A program made the translations under genes and the position numbers. The notes below the pieces were generated by a model. The model was not told the DNA's origin and ran no database searches. It saw only the letters and a list, made by a program, of their open reading frames with translations. Positions 9,506 to 19,177 of a DNA stretch of 64,000 nt are shown piece after piece. Origin of the DNA: Pseudomonadota bacterium (GTDB taxonomy: Bacteria; Desulfobacterota; Desulfobacteria; Desulfobacterales; JBDRRP01); the NCBI GenBank assembly GCA_043825735.1, contig JBDRRP010000022.1:1-64000 (forward strand), read 5' to 3'. Position 1 is the stretch's first letter. Every line of letters begins with the position of its first letter.

Positions 9506-9532
9506 CTTCGTGACCTTCGTGTTCTTCGTGGT
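9506..9532. repeat. 9-bp-periodic CTTCGTGNN triple repeat (single arm)
   Basis: CTTCGTGAC CTTCGTGTT CTTCGTGGT in a ~310 bp intergenic region. Confidence 0.6.
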
Positions 9533-9653
9533 AAACCATTCAGTAGCCCGGCAGTTTTCGGGTGAGAAATCCATTCCGAAAGCCTGTTGACACAACGGTG
9601 CGCCCCATGGAAATAATTCGGCCACACCATCCATGCACTGCGCCTGCGAAGCC

Positions 9654-10022
9654 ATGAAACCATCTGAACGTGAGAAGGCCTTTTTTGAAAAAGCCCGTGC
9701 CGTCCTGGACGAGGACGCCGATCAGCTGGACCCGGAAATCAAGACACGGCGCTGCCGCGAGCGGTTGGCGGCGCTGAGCGTCCTGTCGTCGCCGCGTCGC
9801 GGCAACAGCACGCGTATTAAGGGCTGGGCCATCATGGTTACCGTTGCGGCATCGGTGGCGATCATTGTCATCAATCTCACCATGGCACCGCCGGTTCAGG
9901 AGCCGGTCGCAGAGTCTCTGCTCGTCGATGTGGACCTGCTTTCCAGTGCCGGTCCGATTGAATTTTACGAGGATATGGATTTTTACCGCTGGCTGGCCGA
10001 GGCAACCGAAAATGCGAAATAG
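9654..10022 (+). CDS. Single-TM putative anti-sigma factor (DUF3619-like)
   Basis: N-terminal ARAVLDEDADQLDPEIKTR..R, one transmembrane segment, C-terminal DLL..IEFYEDMDFYRWL; followed by a DUF3106-like gene. Confidence 0.65.
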   Translation: MKPSEREKAFFEKARAVLDEDADQLDPEIKTRRCRERLAALSVLSSPRRGNSTRIKGWAIMVTVAASVAIIVINLTMAPPVQEPVAESLLVDVDLLSSAGPIEFYEDMDFYRWLAEATENAK

Positions 10023-10614
10023 CGGCATCTGGTGGGCCCCGATCATGGTCCTATTTTTGTCAGTGGTCCTGGCACTGGGGTGGGCGGCAGCGGCGAGCGC
10101 CGAGGGCAGCGGCGTTCCGTGGTTGCAATTGAGCGCCGAGGAGCAGGCGATCCTTGGCAGTGTTGAAGATCGCTGGGAGCATATCCCTGCCCCCCGGCAG
10201 CAGCGCCTTCTCGACGGTGCCCGTCACTGGCGGCAACTGACGCCCGAAGAACGCCAGCGGGCCCGGGTGCACCTTGGCGCCTGGCAGCAAAAGACACCAG
10301 CGCAGCGCGAGCGCATCCGCCGGCATTTTGAAGCCTTCCGCAGCCTTCCGCCGGAAGCCCGGCAGCGGCTGCGTGAAGCTCGGCGGCGCTTTGAGGCCCT
10401 TCCCATGGCGGAGGGCCATGAACTTCTCACCCGATGGCGGCAGATGACACCGCAGCAGCGGCTGGCTACCGGGCGCAATATTCAGCGATTCAACCAGCTT
10501 TCCGAAGCCGAGCGCCACCGGATCCGGGAGGACTACCAGAAGGCCACGCCCGAGGCGCGCCGGCGCATGCGCAAGCATTGGCAGGCGCCTTCCCTGGATA
10601 CATCCCGACATTAG
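10012..10614 (+). CDS. DUF3106-like periplasmic protein (W..L.PE.R repeats)
   Basis: Signal peptide followed by repeats WLQLSAEEQ, WRQLTPEER, FRSLPPEAR and WRQMTPQQR. Confidence 0.8.
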   Translation: MRNSGIWWAPIMVLFLSVVLALGWAAAASAEGSGVPWLQLSAEEQAILGSVEDRWEHIPAPRQQRLLDGARHWRQLTPEERQRARVHLGAWQQKTPAQRERIRRHFEAFRSLPPEARQRLREARRRFEALPMAEGHELLTRWRQMTPQQRLATGRNIQRFNQLSEAERHRIREDYQKATPEARRRMRKHWQAPSLDTSRH

Positions 10615-10708
10615 AACCGTACGTCCTTCCACCTTGACACTGAGCACCAATTTTCTTTAGTTTTAATCGAGTACGACTTCTTCCACCATATTATCCAAGG
10701 AGCGCCCT

Positions 10709-13700
10709 ATGACGTTGCCGATGTTCGGGTGCAGGATTGGATCCCTCGTTGCCGCCACGCTGCTTTCCGCTTCGGTGTGGCTGGGCTCGGCCTGCAAGAC
10801 CACCGAAAAAGCCGTGAGCATGGACGAGGCCAAAAACATCAGCCTCACCTTTACCGGCAGTGCCTTCACCCCGCCGCCGCGCACCATCGATGATCTGGAA
10901 GACGTCCTGAAGGTGGATGTGGGCCAAGCGGTCTGTGACAACAGCCCCATCACCATCATGAGCAAGGAGGAAGTATTCGCTGCCACCGCGGTAGGGTTCT
11001 GCTCCACCGAGGAGTGGTGCAAAGCCCAGAAGTTGTTTCGTCGTGCGGAGTTCCTGGTGAGCATCGGTCATTTTGAGGAGGCCATCACCTATATCCAGAT
11101 GGCCATTGAAGAATTTCCGCCCTACGAAACCCAGTTCATGTCGAAAATCGCCTTGTGCCATGCCTATTTGGGCAATTTTACCGCTGCTCAATTCAGTCTC
11201 TCAAACAGGCCCTCCCGAAACGCGAGTAACCAAAGTCGGAAGCGCACGCGTCGCAATTATTACGCCGGCCTAGGCGCCCTGAATCAGGCGGAGGGAAACT
11301 ACAGAGACGCTGAAACGGCCCTTCGGCAGGCCATCGACATCTCAGAGAATGCTCACGAACTTCATCCTTCCGAGCGCATTTACGAGCTTCTGATCGAGCG
11401 TATCGACCTGGCGGAAAACCTCCTGCTGCAGGGGCGCGTGGTGGAAGCCGAGGTGGAGATCCGGGACGTGATGAACCACCCCATGGCCCGGGTTCCGATC
11501 CGAAAGGCCCGGGCGGCACTGGTGCTGAGCCGAATTTACTACGAACAGGGGCGCTATGCCGATGCCGCACGGGTGGCCCGGACCGCCGTCGCCGCGTTTA
11601 TTGCGGCCGAGACCCACTGCTCATCCTATTTTCTCAACATGGCCCGCCAGGTTGAGGCCCGGTCACTGGCCGCCATGGCCCAGTGGGATGCGGCGCTGGC
11701 CGTTTTCGAGGGCATCCGCAGCGCCATGGTGGTCCAGCCTGAGCTGTACCGCCTGTGGTTCGACGGCGACCCGGACTGGATCATGGCCCTCATGGGGGCC
11801 GGCCGCCAGGCCGACGCCGGCGCCATGCTGGCCGTGGCTCTGGAGAAATCCATAGATCTTTTTGGCGATGAGCATTATACCTCCGCCGAGATTACGGGGC
11901 TATATGGCGTCCATGCATTGCTCAGCGGCGATATCCCGGGGGCCTTTTCCCGCTACGCGGCCGCAGCGCCCGCCCTGATGGGGAATGCTGCGCAGGCCGG
12001 CTCCGAATCCGATGCCCTTGCCGCGCGAAACCGTCGCAAGGCGTTCATCCTGGAGCACTACCTGGACCTCTTGGCCCAGGTGCAGGCCGGTCGGGTGACG
12101 GGACCCGCCGGGGTGGATGCGGCGGAAGTGTCCTTCAGGGTGGCCGAGTCCATCCGCGGCAGCAGCGTCCAGCAGGCGGTCAAGGCGCTGAGTTCGAGGG
12201 CTGCCGCCGACAATGCCGATCTGGCCGATCTTATCCGGCGTGAGCAAGACGCCGACAAGCAGATCACCGCCCTGCAGGGGGTGCTCTACAACGCCCTGTC
12301 CCAGGCCAGTCAGGACACAACCGTTGTCGCCGGTCTCCGGCAGCGTATCACCGATCTGAAGGCGGCCAGAAATGCCTTTTCCGAAGAAATCGCGGCCCGT
12401 TTTCCCGCCTATGCCGACTTGGCCGCACCAAAGCCCGCCAGTGTGGTGCAGGTAAGGACTGTTCTGACCGGTGAGGAGGCGGTGGTGGCCTTCTATGCCG
12501 GCGTTCGGCAGACTTTTGTCTGGGCCTTCGGCCGCCAGGGCCCGGTGGCGTTTCAAGCCATCGACCTGGGGCGCGAAGCGCTCTCCGCGCGGGTTGCCCA
12601 CCTGAGAAAGGCTTTGGACCCTGGCATCAGTGCCTTGCAGGACCTGCCGGTCTTCGATCTGGCGGCCGCCCACGATCTTTATGCACTGTTGTTCAAACCG
12701 GTGGCACCCCAGACCACCGGCGCCGCCATCCTTCTGGTAGTACCCCACGGCCCGTTGGGGCGCCTGCCCCTGGGGTTGCTGCCCACCGCGCCGACTGCCC
12801 CTACCGGGGACGGTGCCGTCTTTCTGTCAGGCTACCGCGGGGTGCCCTGGCTGATCCGCAAGCAGGCTGTCACCGTGCTGCCGGCGGCCGGTGTGCTGGC
12901 AACCCTGCGGGCCATGCCGCCGCCGCAGCCGGGGCGCCGGGCCTTTGCCGGGTTCGGGGATCCCTGGTTTTCCGATAAACAGGCCGCGGCGGCTGCCTCA
13001 CCGGACCCGGTGCACACACGCGGCCTGATCCGTACCCGGGCCATTCGGGTCACCGAGTCCGCCTCCCTGGACGACGCCCGGTTGAACTCGGTCACCCTGG
13101 AGGCGCTCCAGCCGCTGCCCGATACCCGGGAGGAGGTGCTGGGTATCGCAAAAATCCTCCGGGCGGACCCGTCCAAAGACGTTTTCCTGGGAAAGGCGGC
13201 CACCGAGTCGACGTTCAAGGGCACCGATCTTTCCGACCGGCGGGTGCTGGTGCTGGCCACCCACGGTCTGGTACCCGGCGATCTGGACGGACTGACCCAG
13301 CCGGCGCTGGCCCTGTCCTCGCCCCGACTCGCCGGCGACGCTGCCAATGACGGGCTGCTCACCATGGGAGAGATCATGGGGCTGCGGCTCGATGCGGACT
13401 GGGTGGTGCTCTCGGCCTGCAACACCGCCGCCGGTGCCGGTGAGGGAAGCGAGGCCGTGTCGGGGTTGGGCCAGGCGTTTTTCTATGCCGGCACCCGGGC
13501 GGTGCTGGTGAGCAACTGGCCGGTGGAGAGCGTCTCAGCCCGCCTCCTCACCGCAGATCTGTTTGCACGCCAGGCAGCCGACCCGGCGCTCTCCCGGGCC
13601 GAGGCCCTGCGCCGGAGCATGCTGGATCTTCTCGACAACGGGGTCTACACCGATCCGGCCACGGGAAAGCCGGTGTTCGCCTATGCGCACCCCATCTTCT

Positions 13701-13753
13701 GGGCGCCGTTTTCGCTGGTGGGGGAGGGCGGGGGAACAGGAAAGGCACGATGA
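10709..13753 (+). CDS. TPR + CHAT (caspase-like) protease, predicted lipoprotein
   Basis: Hydrophobic leader ending LGSAC; TPR-like helical repeats; catalytic LATHG and VLSACNT motifs; C-terminal HPIFWAPFSLVG. Confidence 0.92.
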   Translation: MTLPMFGCRIGSLVAATLLSASVWLGSACKTTEKAVSMDEAKNISLTFTGSAFTPPPRTIDDLEDVLKVDVGQAVCDNSPITIMSKEEVFAATAVGFCSTEEWCKAQKLFRRAEFLVSIGHFEEAITYIQMAIEEFPPYETQFMSKIALCHAYLGNFTAAQFSLSNRPSRNASNQSRKRTRRNYYAGLGALNQAEGNYRDAETALRQAIDISENAHELHPSERIYELLIERIDLAENLLLQGRVVEAEVEIRDVMNHPMARVPIRKARAALVLSRIYYEQGRYADAARVARTAVAAFIAAETHCSSYFLNMARQVEARSLAAMAQWDAALAVFEGIRSAMVVQPELYRLWFDGDPDWIMALMGAGRQADAGAMLAVALEKSIDLFGDEHYTSAEITGLYGVHALLSGDIPGAFSRYAAAAPALMGNAAQAGSESDALAARNRRKAFILEHYLDLLAQVQAGRVTGPAGVDAAEVSFRVAESIRGSSVQQAVKALSSRAAADNADLADLIRREQDADKQITALQGVLYNALSQASQDTTVVAGLRQRITDLKAARNAFSEEIAARFPAYADLAAPKPASVVQVRTVLTGEEAVVAFYAGVRQTFVWAFGRQGPVAFQAIDLGREALSARVAHLRKALDPGISALQDLPVFDLAAAHDLYALLFKPVAPQTTGAAILLVVPHGPLGRLPLGLLPTAPTAPTGDGAVFLSGYRGVPWLIRKQAVTVLPAAGVLATLRAMPPPQPGRRAFAGFGDPWFSDKQAAAAASPDPVHTRGLIRTRAIRVTESASLDDARLNSVTLEALQPLPDTREEVLGIAKILRADPSKDVFLGKAATESTFKGTDLSDRRVLVLATHGLVPGDLDGLTQPALALSSPRLAGDAANDGLLTMGEIMGLRLDADWVVLSACNTAAGAGEGSEAVSGLGQAFFYAGTRAVLVSNWPVESVSARLLTADLFARQAADPALSRAEALRRSMLDLLDNGVYTDPATGKPVFAYAHPIFWAPFSLVGEGGGTGKAR

Positions 13754-13809
13754 AGATAGTCGGTGCCGCTTTGAATTTATTGAAATGAGCGTTCAAAGGG
13801 ATTGAAACC

Positions 13810-13895
13810 ATCGGGATTCGAAATCGCTATCGAAATCAATTTTCACGGTCCATGCCAGGCCCATGTCGATTTCGATAGCGATCCCGATTTCGATT
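13810..13895. repeat. 6-bp-periodic ATCGNN inverted-repeat element, copy 1
   Basis: ATCGGGATTCGAAATCGCTATCGAAATC ... TCGATTTCGATAGCGATCCCGATTTCGATT between convergent CHAT and pyrE genes. Confidence 0.85.
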
Positions 13896-13955
13896 TGGAC
13901 GGCGGCCCAATGATCCCAATACTCGCTGCACTGCAAAACGGTCACCGAGTCCGTT

Positions 13956-14504
13956 TCAATCCGCCGCCATCAGTTCGTCCCGGGTGACGATGGCGCGCAC
14001 GTCGGGCACGTGGGCGCGGATGTTTTCAACCCCGCCCTCCTGGCGGTCCACCAGAATAACGGCCCGGACCACGTCCAGCCCTTCCTCCCGGGCCCGTTCG
14101 ATGGCCTTGATGGTGGAGCCGCCGGTGGTGGCCACGTCATCGATGACAACCACACGATCGCCTCTTTGCAGATCCCCTTCAATCCATTTGACGATGCCGT
14201 GATCCTTCTGGGTCTTGCGGATTGAAAATGCCTTGACCGGCCGGCCGCGAAGCTCCGAGGCAAAGGCCGTGGCGACCGCAATTGGGTCGGCGCCGAAGGT
14301 GAGTCCGCCGACCCCGGCCACATCGATGTCGCTGATGGCCTCGCACATGAGATGGCCGGTAAGAAACATGCCCCGGGGGCTCAGGACCGTGGGTTTGCAG
14401 TTGACGTAGAACCGGCTCATCCGTCCGGACACCAGACGAAACGAGGGCTCTTCGGTAAACTTGAAGGACTTTTCGCGAAGCAGGTCGATGAGTTCGGTTT
14501 TCAC
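13956..14504 (-). CDS. pyrE: Orotate phosphoribosyltransferase
   Basis: [35 protein letters not shown] and the PRPP loop [12 protein letters not shown]. Confidence 0.95.
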   Translation of the reverse strand: MKTELIDLLREKSFKFTEEPSFRLVSGRMSRFYVNCKPTVLSPRGMFLTGHLMCEAISDIDVAGVGGLTFGADPIAVATAFASELRGRPVKAFSIRKTQKDHGIVKWIEGDLQRGDRVVVIDDVATTGGSTIKAIERAREEGLDVVRAVILVDRQEGGVENIRAHVPDVRAIVTRDELMAAD

Positions 14505-14808
14505 TGGCGGATCCTCGCTGCCCCTTGTCGCGCCGGGGGTTCCAGGCTATCGGTAAATACTTGAGCTTACGGGAAATTTAGACGGTATCCCAGGCTGCAG
14601 GGCTTGATTTTACACGGCGGTTTCGATATTAAGAAGCCTCCACCGAACTGGAAGAAGCAGGGACTGGGATTCAGTGGAGGCCCCGAGCAAGGAAAACCGT
14701 TTTGCAGCACTCCTTAAAGCTCGGCACGAGACATACCAACATCCCCCAGCGGGGTCAAATCCTTTTGCCATGGCCATCGGGGCCGGACTATGGAGAAAAG
14801 GGCAGCGC

Positions 14809-16137
14809 ATGACAGCACGGACAATCATCCTTTCGGCCGTATTCTGGGGGTTGGTTTTTACGCCGGCGATGGTTCCGCTACACACCCCGGCCGCGGAAAC
14901 CGCGCCTCCCATGAACCTGGCAGAGACCGTCCAGGCCGTGCTGGAGGCCAACCTTCAGGCAAAAAACGCCCGGCAGGCGGTGGCGGCGGCGGAAAGTCGT
15001 GTGGGTGTGGAGAAAACCAAATTTTTGCCCACCTTCAGCGCCGCCTACCAGTACAAGCACCATTACGAAGAAATCCTCAATCCTATTTTCGGGATCACCA
15101 CCCCTGAAAACGAGTACCGGTTTACCGCGTCGGTCACGCAGCCGGTATTTACCGGTTATGCCATCACCAATGCCTACAAGCTTGCCGGCCTGGGGCTGGA
15201 CATTGCCAAACTCAACGACCAGCTCATCAGGCAACAACTCGTCTTCGAGGCCAAGAACGCCTATTTTTCAGTGCTCAAAGCCGAGAAAGTGGTGGGCGTG
15301 GGGCTGGAGGCGGTGGCCCTTCTGGAAGCTTTTGAAAAGGACGCCAAGAATTTTTATGACGTGGGGATGACGGCGCAAAATGATTTTCTCAAGGCCCAGG
15401 TGGAGCTGGCCAACACGCGCCAGCAGCTGATCACCGCCAACAATGCGCTCGACGTGGCCCGGGCCAACTTTAACACCCTGCTGCGGCGTTCGGTGAACCA
15501 GCCCGTGGTTATCGTGGACGAAAGCGATTTCAGCCGGATCGAGCTCACTGTCGAGGCGTGCATGGCCGAGGCCGAAAAAAACCGGCTGGAAATTCTGGTA
15601 GCCAAAAAACGCGTGGCGGTGAGCGACAAAGAGGTCGAACTCGTCAAGAAAGACTATTTTCCAACCGTGGATGTGCAGGGCAACTATTACAAGGCAGGCA
15701 CTGAGATCCAGGTCAACGGGGGCCCCGGGGTTTCCGATCCGGAAAGCTGGGACGTGCGCGCCGTGGCCACCTGGAATTTTTGGCAATGGGGGCGAACGCG
15801 CAAGGGCGTCGAGGAGAAGCGGCGCCAGGCCGAGCAGACCCAAAACGAGTTCCAGCAGGTGCTCGACAACATCCAGCTCGAGGTGAAAAAGGTCTATCTG
15901 AAGGTCACCGAATCGGAACAGAACATCCGCACCGTGGAAACCGCCATCAGCCAGGCCAAGGAAAACTACCGCATCAGCGAGGAGCGCTACAAACAGCACG
16001 TGGCCACATCCACCGACGTGCTGGATGCCCGCACCCTGCTTTCCAGAACCCAGTTCAACTATTACACGGCCCTCTATGATCTGGAAATCGCCAAAGCGGC
16101 GTTGGCGCGGGCGATGGGGCGGGAGTCGCTTCAATGA
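14809..16137 (+). CDS. TolC-family outer membrane efflux protein
   Basis: Signal peptide; two repeats with KFLPTFSA / DYFPTVDV; AKENYRISEERY..ATSTDVLDA. Confidence 0.9.
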   Translation: MTARTIILSAVFWGLVFTPAMVPLHTPAAETAPPMNLAETVQAVLEANLQAKNARQAVAAAESRVGVEKTKFLPTFSAAYQYKHHYEEILNPIFGITTPENEYRFTASVTQPVFTGYAITNAYKLAGLGLDIAKLNDQLIRQQLVFEAKNAYFSVLKAEKVVGVGLEAVALLEAFEKDAKNFYDVGMTAQNDFLKAQVELANTRQQLITANNALDVARANFNTLLRRSVNQPVVIVDESDFSRIELTVEACMAEAEKNRLEILVAKKRVAVSDKEVELVKKDYFPTVDVQGNYYKAGTEIQVNGGPGVSDPESWDVRAVATWNFWQWGRTRKGVEEKRRQAEQTQNEFQQVLDNIQLEVKKVYLKVTESEQNIRTVETAISQAKENYRISEERYKQHVATSTDVLDARTLLSRTQFNYYTALYDLEIAKAALARAMGRESLQ

Positions 16138-16853
16138 CGGATATCCGCAAAAGAGACGCCATCATCCAGATCTTTCACGTTTTCAAGCAATACGGTGCCA
16201 AGAAGGCGCTCTCGGACCTGACTCTGGACATCTTCAAAAACGAGTTCGTGCTGGTGACCGGCCCCAGCGGCGCCGGCAAGACCACCCTGCTCAAGCTGCT
16301 CTACCGCGGCGAATCCACCTCCGAAGGTCAGATTCTCGTCGACGGCATGAACCTGGCCCGGATTCCCAACAAACGGATTCCTTACCTCCGGCGCCAGTTC
16401 GGCGTCATTTTCCAGGATTACAAGCTGATTGCGACCAAGACGGTTTTCGACAATGTGGCGCTGGTGCTCGAGGTCCAGGGCAAGGGGCGGCGGTTGGTGG
16501 AAAAAAAGGTGAACAGCGTCCTGCGTCACGTGGGGATGGAAGACCGCCGCGGCGCCTACCCGCCCAGCCTTTCCGGCGGTGAGCAGCAGCGCATCGCCAT
16601 GGCCCGCGCCGTGGTGGGGGATCCGAAAATCGTCCTGGCCGATGAACCCACCGGCAGCCTGGACCCGGAATCGGCCGCCGTGATTATCGACCTGCTCAAG
16701 CGGTTTCACCTGCGCGGGGGCACCCTGGTGATCGCCACTCACGACCGGGATCTGGTGGCTCAGGCCAACGGCCGCATCATTCGTCTTCAGCAAGGCCAGA
16801 TCGTCGACACTCAGCCGCCAATGGAAACCGCGCCTCATGCAGCTTTACTTTAG
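16134..16853 (+). CDS. ftsE: Cell division ABC ATPase FtsE
   Basis: [34 protein letters not shown] and ADEPTG motifs; precedes ftsX. Confidence 0.93.
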   Translation: MTDIRKRDAIIQIFHVFKQYGAKKALSDLTLDIFKNEFVLVTGPSGAGKTTLLKLLYRGESTSEGQILVDGMNLARIPNKRIPYLRRQFGVIFQDYKLIATKTVFDNVALVLEVQGKGRRLVEKKVNSVLRHVGMEDRRGAYPPSLSGGEQQRIAMARAVVGDPKIVLADEPTGSLDPESAAVIIDLLKRFHLRGGTLVIATHDRDLVAQANGRIIRLQQGQIVDTQPPMETAPHAALL

Positions 16854-17715
16854 AAAAGCCGTCCGGGATATCCTGGACAATGGATTTTTGAACGCAGTCA
16901 CCATTTTTACCATTGCCATGGCGGTGCTGGTGATCGGGGCCTTCGCCCTTTTCATCCTCAATACCAGCATCCTCATGCAGTCGTGGAAAAAAGGGGTCCG
17001 CATCATGGCCTATATTCAGGCGGATACGGACCCCGCAACCCTGGGGGATGTTCAAAAGCAGATAGAAGCCCTTTACGGGGTCAAGGCCGTGGCCTTTATT
17101 TCCAAGGCCGAAGCGTTGCAGCGGCTCAAGTCGCAGATGAAACGGCAATCGGCCCTGTTTGACAACCTGGAAGACAACCCGCTGCCCGATGCCTTTGAAG
17201 TGCGCATGGCCGACACGCCGCAGGATGTGGAAAAAGTAGAGGAACTGGCCCGCAACCTGGCGCGGATTTCGGCCGTTTCAGACGTGGAGTACGGTCAGCG
17301 GTGGATCGGTCGGTTTTCCAACATTATTCGTTTGTTTACCCTCATGGCTTATGCGCTGGGAGCCCTTTTTTTCATTGCCGCCGTATTCTTTGTGGCCAAC
17401 ACCATCCGGCTGGTCATTTATTCTCGCCGCGAAGAGATCGAGATCATGCGGCTGGTGGGGGCCGAAGACGTTTTTATCAAGACCCCGTTTTACATTGAAG
17501 CCATGCTTCAGGGGCTCATCGGCGGTGTTATCGGCATCGCCGCCCTGTTCGTCTCCCATGTCGCCATCTCTCTCAAGGTGGCCGACACAACGATGCCGGC
17601 CGTCGTGGCGCTGCAATTTCTGCCGGCGGCGGCCTTTGCCGTCATTTTGGCGACCAGCGTCGCCGTCGGGTGGATGGGATGTTTTCTGTCGCTCAAACAA
17701 TATCTTCGGCGTTGA
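16837..17715 (+). CDS. ftsX: Cell division permease FtsX
   Basis: FISKAEAL, DNPLPDAFEV, NTIRLVIYSRREEIEIMRLVGA and TPFYIE motifs. Confidence 0.95.
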   Translation: MQLYFRKAVRDILDNGFLNAVTIFTIAMAVLVIGAFALFILNTSILMQSWKKGVRIMAYIQADTDPATLGDVQKQIEALYGVKAVAFISKAEALQRLKSQMKRQSALFDNLEDNPLPDAFEVRMADTPQDVEKVEELARNLARISAVSDVEYGQRWIGRFSNIIRLFTLMAYALGALFFIAAVFFVANTIRLVIYSRREEIEIMRLVGAEDVFIKTPFYIEAMLQGLIGGVIGIAALFVSHVAISLKVADTTMPAVVALQFLPAAAFAVILATSVAVGWMGCFLSLKQYLRR

Positions 17716-19136
17716 CCGCCGGCCCGTCCCGGCAGTTGGCATGCCTGCTGTGCGCCATGGCGCTGTGGTGGCTTCCTGCGGCCGCGGGCGCCCAGGATGT
17801 AGGCATTGTTCAGGTGCCGAGACTTAATCTGCGCGCGTCGCCGGATGTGAGCGGCACGCCGGTGGCGGTTCTGGACAAGGGCTCCGAGGTGCGGGTGATC
17901 GGCCATCGGGGCGGTTGGGTGGAGGTGATCGCCGGCGAACACCGCGGATTTATCCGCAATCGGGAGCAATACATCCGTATTGAAACCCGCGCCGCCGATA
18001 CGGCGCCGGCGGTTGTCAGTGCCAAGATGGCCGAGGCCCAGGCGCAGGCATCGGCGATCGCCGAGCGCATCGAAACCTCCCGAACGGAAGTGGGCGTATA
18101 TACGGCCCAGGAAGAAAACATCATCGTCAGCCTGGACGGTATCGAACGTGCCGTTGCCGACATGAAAAAGCAGGTGAGCGCAAGCCGGCAGGAGATGGCC
18201 GCGCTGGATGAAAAAATGGAAGGCCTGCGCAGCAGCATTGCCAAGCTCCAGTCGGACCTTGCGCGCCATCGGGACACCGCCTCCAAACGATTGGTGGCCT
18301 ACTACAAACTCAGCTGGATGGGCCGCCTACAGCTACTGGCCACGGCCGAGACGATCCAGGATTTGTTTCACCGGGAACGGGCCCTGTCCGCTATTTTGGA
18401 CGCCGATGCCCGGCTGCTCCAGCGGATGGCTGACGACAGAGACCGGCTCGCCAGCGAAAACCGCCAGTTGGCGGCGGGCAGGCAGGAAAAAGCGGCCCTG
18501 GAGGCCGCCACCCGCACGCAGCTCGAAACGCTCGCTGCAGACAAATCTCGTCGCGCTGACATGCTTCGGGAAATCCGCCAGAAAAAAACCCTCGAGGTGG
18601 CGGCCATTGCCGCGCTTGAGCAGTCCGCCCGCGATTTGGACCGCGCCCTGGAGGCCATGGCCGCCGATGTGACGCGCGAGGCCGCCCGCGCCGCTACAGC
18701 GGGTTCCGCCCCGGCGCCGGCGGGTCAACCGTTTTCCCAGTTGAAAGGCTTGCTTCCCGTCCCCGTGAACGGTAATATCGTCAACAGTTTCGGGGAATAC
18801 CGTGACAGCCGCCACAATGTGGTTAATTTCCGTAGCGGCGTCGATATCCGTGCGGACTACGGCGAGCCCATCCATGCGGTATCCACCGGAAAGGTGATGT
18901 ATGCCGCCTGGTTCAAAGGCTTCGGCAACATGTTGATTATCGATCACGGCGATCATTATTACACCGTCTACGCACATCTTGAAGAGACGTTCAAACAGAA
19001 GGGAGATCCCGTGGATGCCGGCGAGGTGATTGCCACAGTCGGCGACACCGGTTCTCTGGTGGGTCCCAAGCTGTACTTCGAAGTGCGCCACCACGGTAAA
19101 CCGATGGATCCAGCCGATTGGATCAAGAAAGGGTAG
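17712..19136 (+). CDS. envC: EnvC-like murein hydrolase activator (SH3b + coiled coil + M23 domain)
   Basis: LNLRASP SH3b domain, long coiled coil, degenerate M23 (RSGVDI, YAHL, LYFEVR). Start uncertain; TTG 17712 overlaps the ftsX stop. Confidence 0.85.
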   Translation: MTAGPSRQLACLLCAMALWWLPAAAGAQDVGIVQVPRLNLRASPDVSGTPVAVLDKGSEVRVIGHRGGWVEVIAGEHRGFIRNREQYIRIETRAADTAPAVVSAKMAEAQAQASAIAERIETSRTEVGVYTAQEENIIVSLDGIERAVADMKKQVSASRQEMAALDEKMEGLRSSIAKLQSDLARHRDTASKRLVAYYKLSWMGRLQLLATAETIQDLFHRERALSAILDADARLLQRMADDRDRLASENRQLAAGRQEKAALEAATRTQLETLAADKSRRADMLREIRQKKTLEVAAIAALEQSARDLDRALEAMAADVTREAARAATAGSAPAPAGQPFSQLKGLLPVPVNGNIVNSFGEYRDSRHNVVNFRSGVDIRADYGEPIHAVSTGKVMYAAWFKGFGNMLIIDHGDHYYTVYAHLEETFKQKGDPVDAGEVIATVGDTGSLVGPKLYFEVRHHGKPMDPADWIKKG

Positions 19137-19177
19137 CCGATCCTTAACCAAGACGGCTTCCCGTAAAGGAGCATCAA

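Noticed and set aside
14648..14665. SRP RNA suggested by GGAAGAAGCAG
   Set aside because: The conserved CAGG..GGAA..AGCAG helix-8 pairing is not present.
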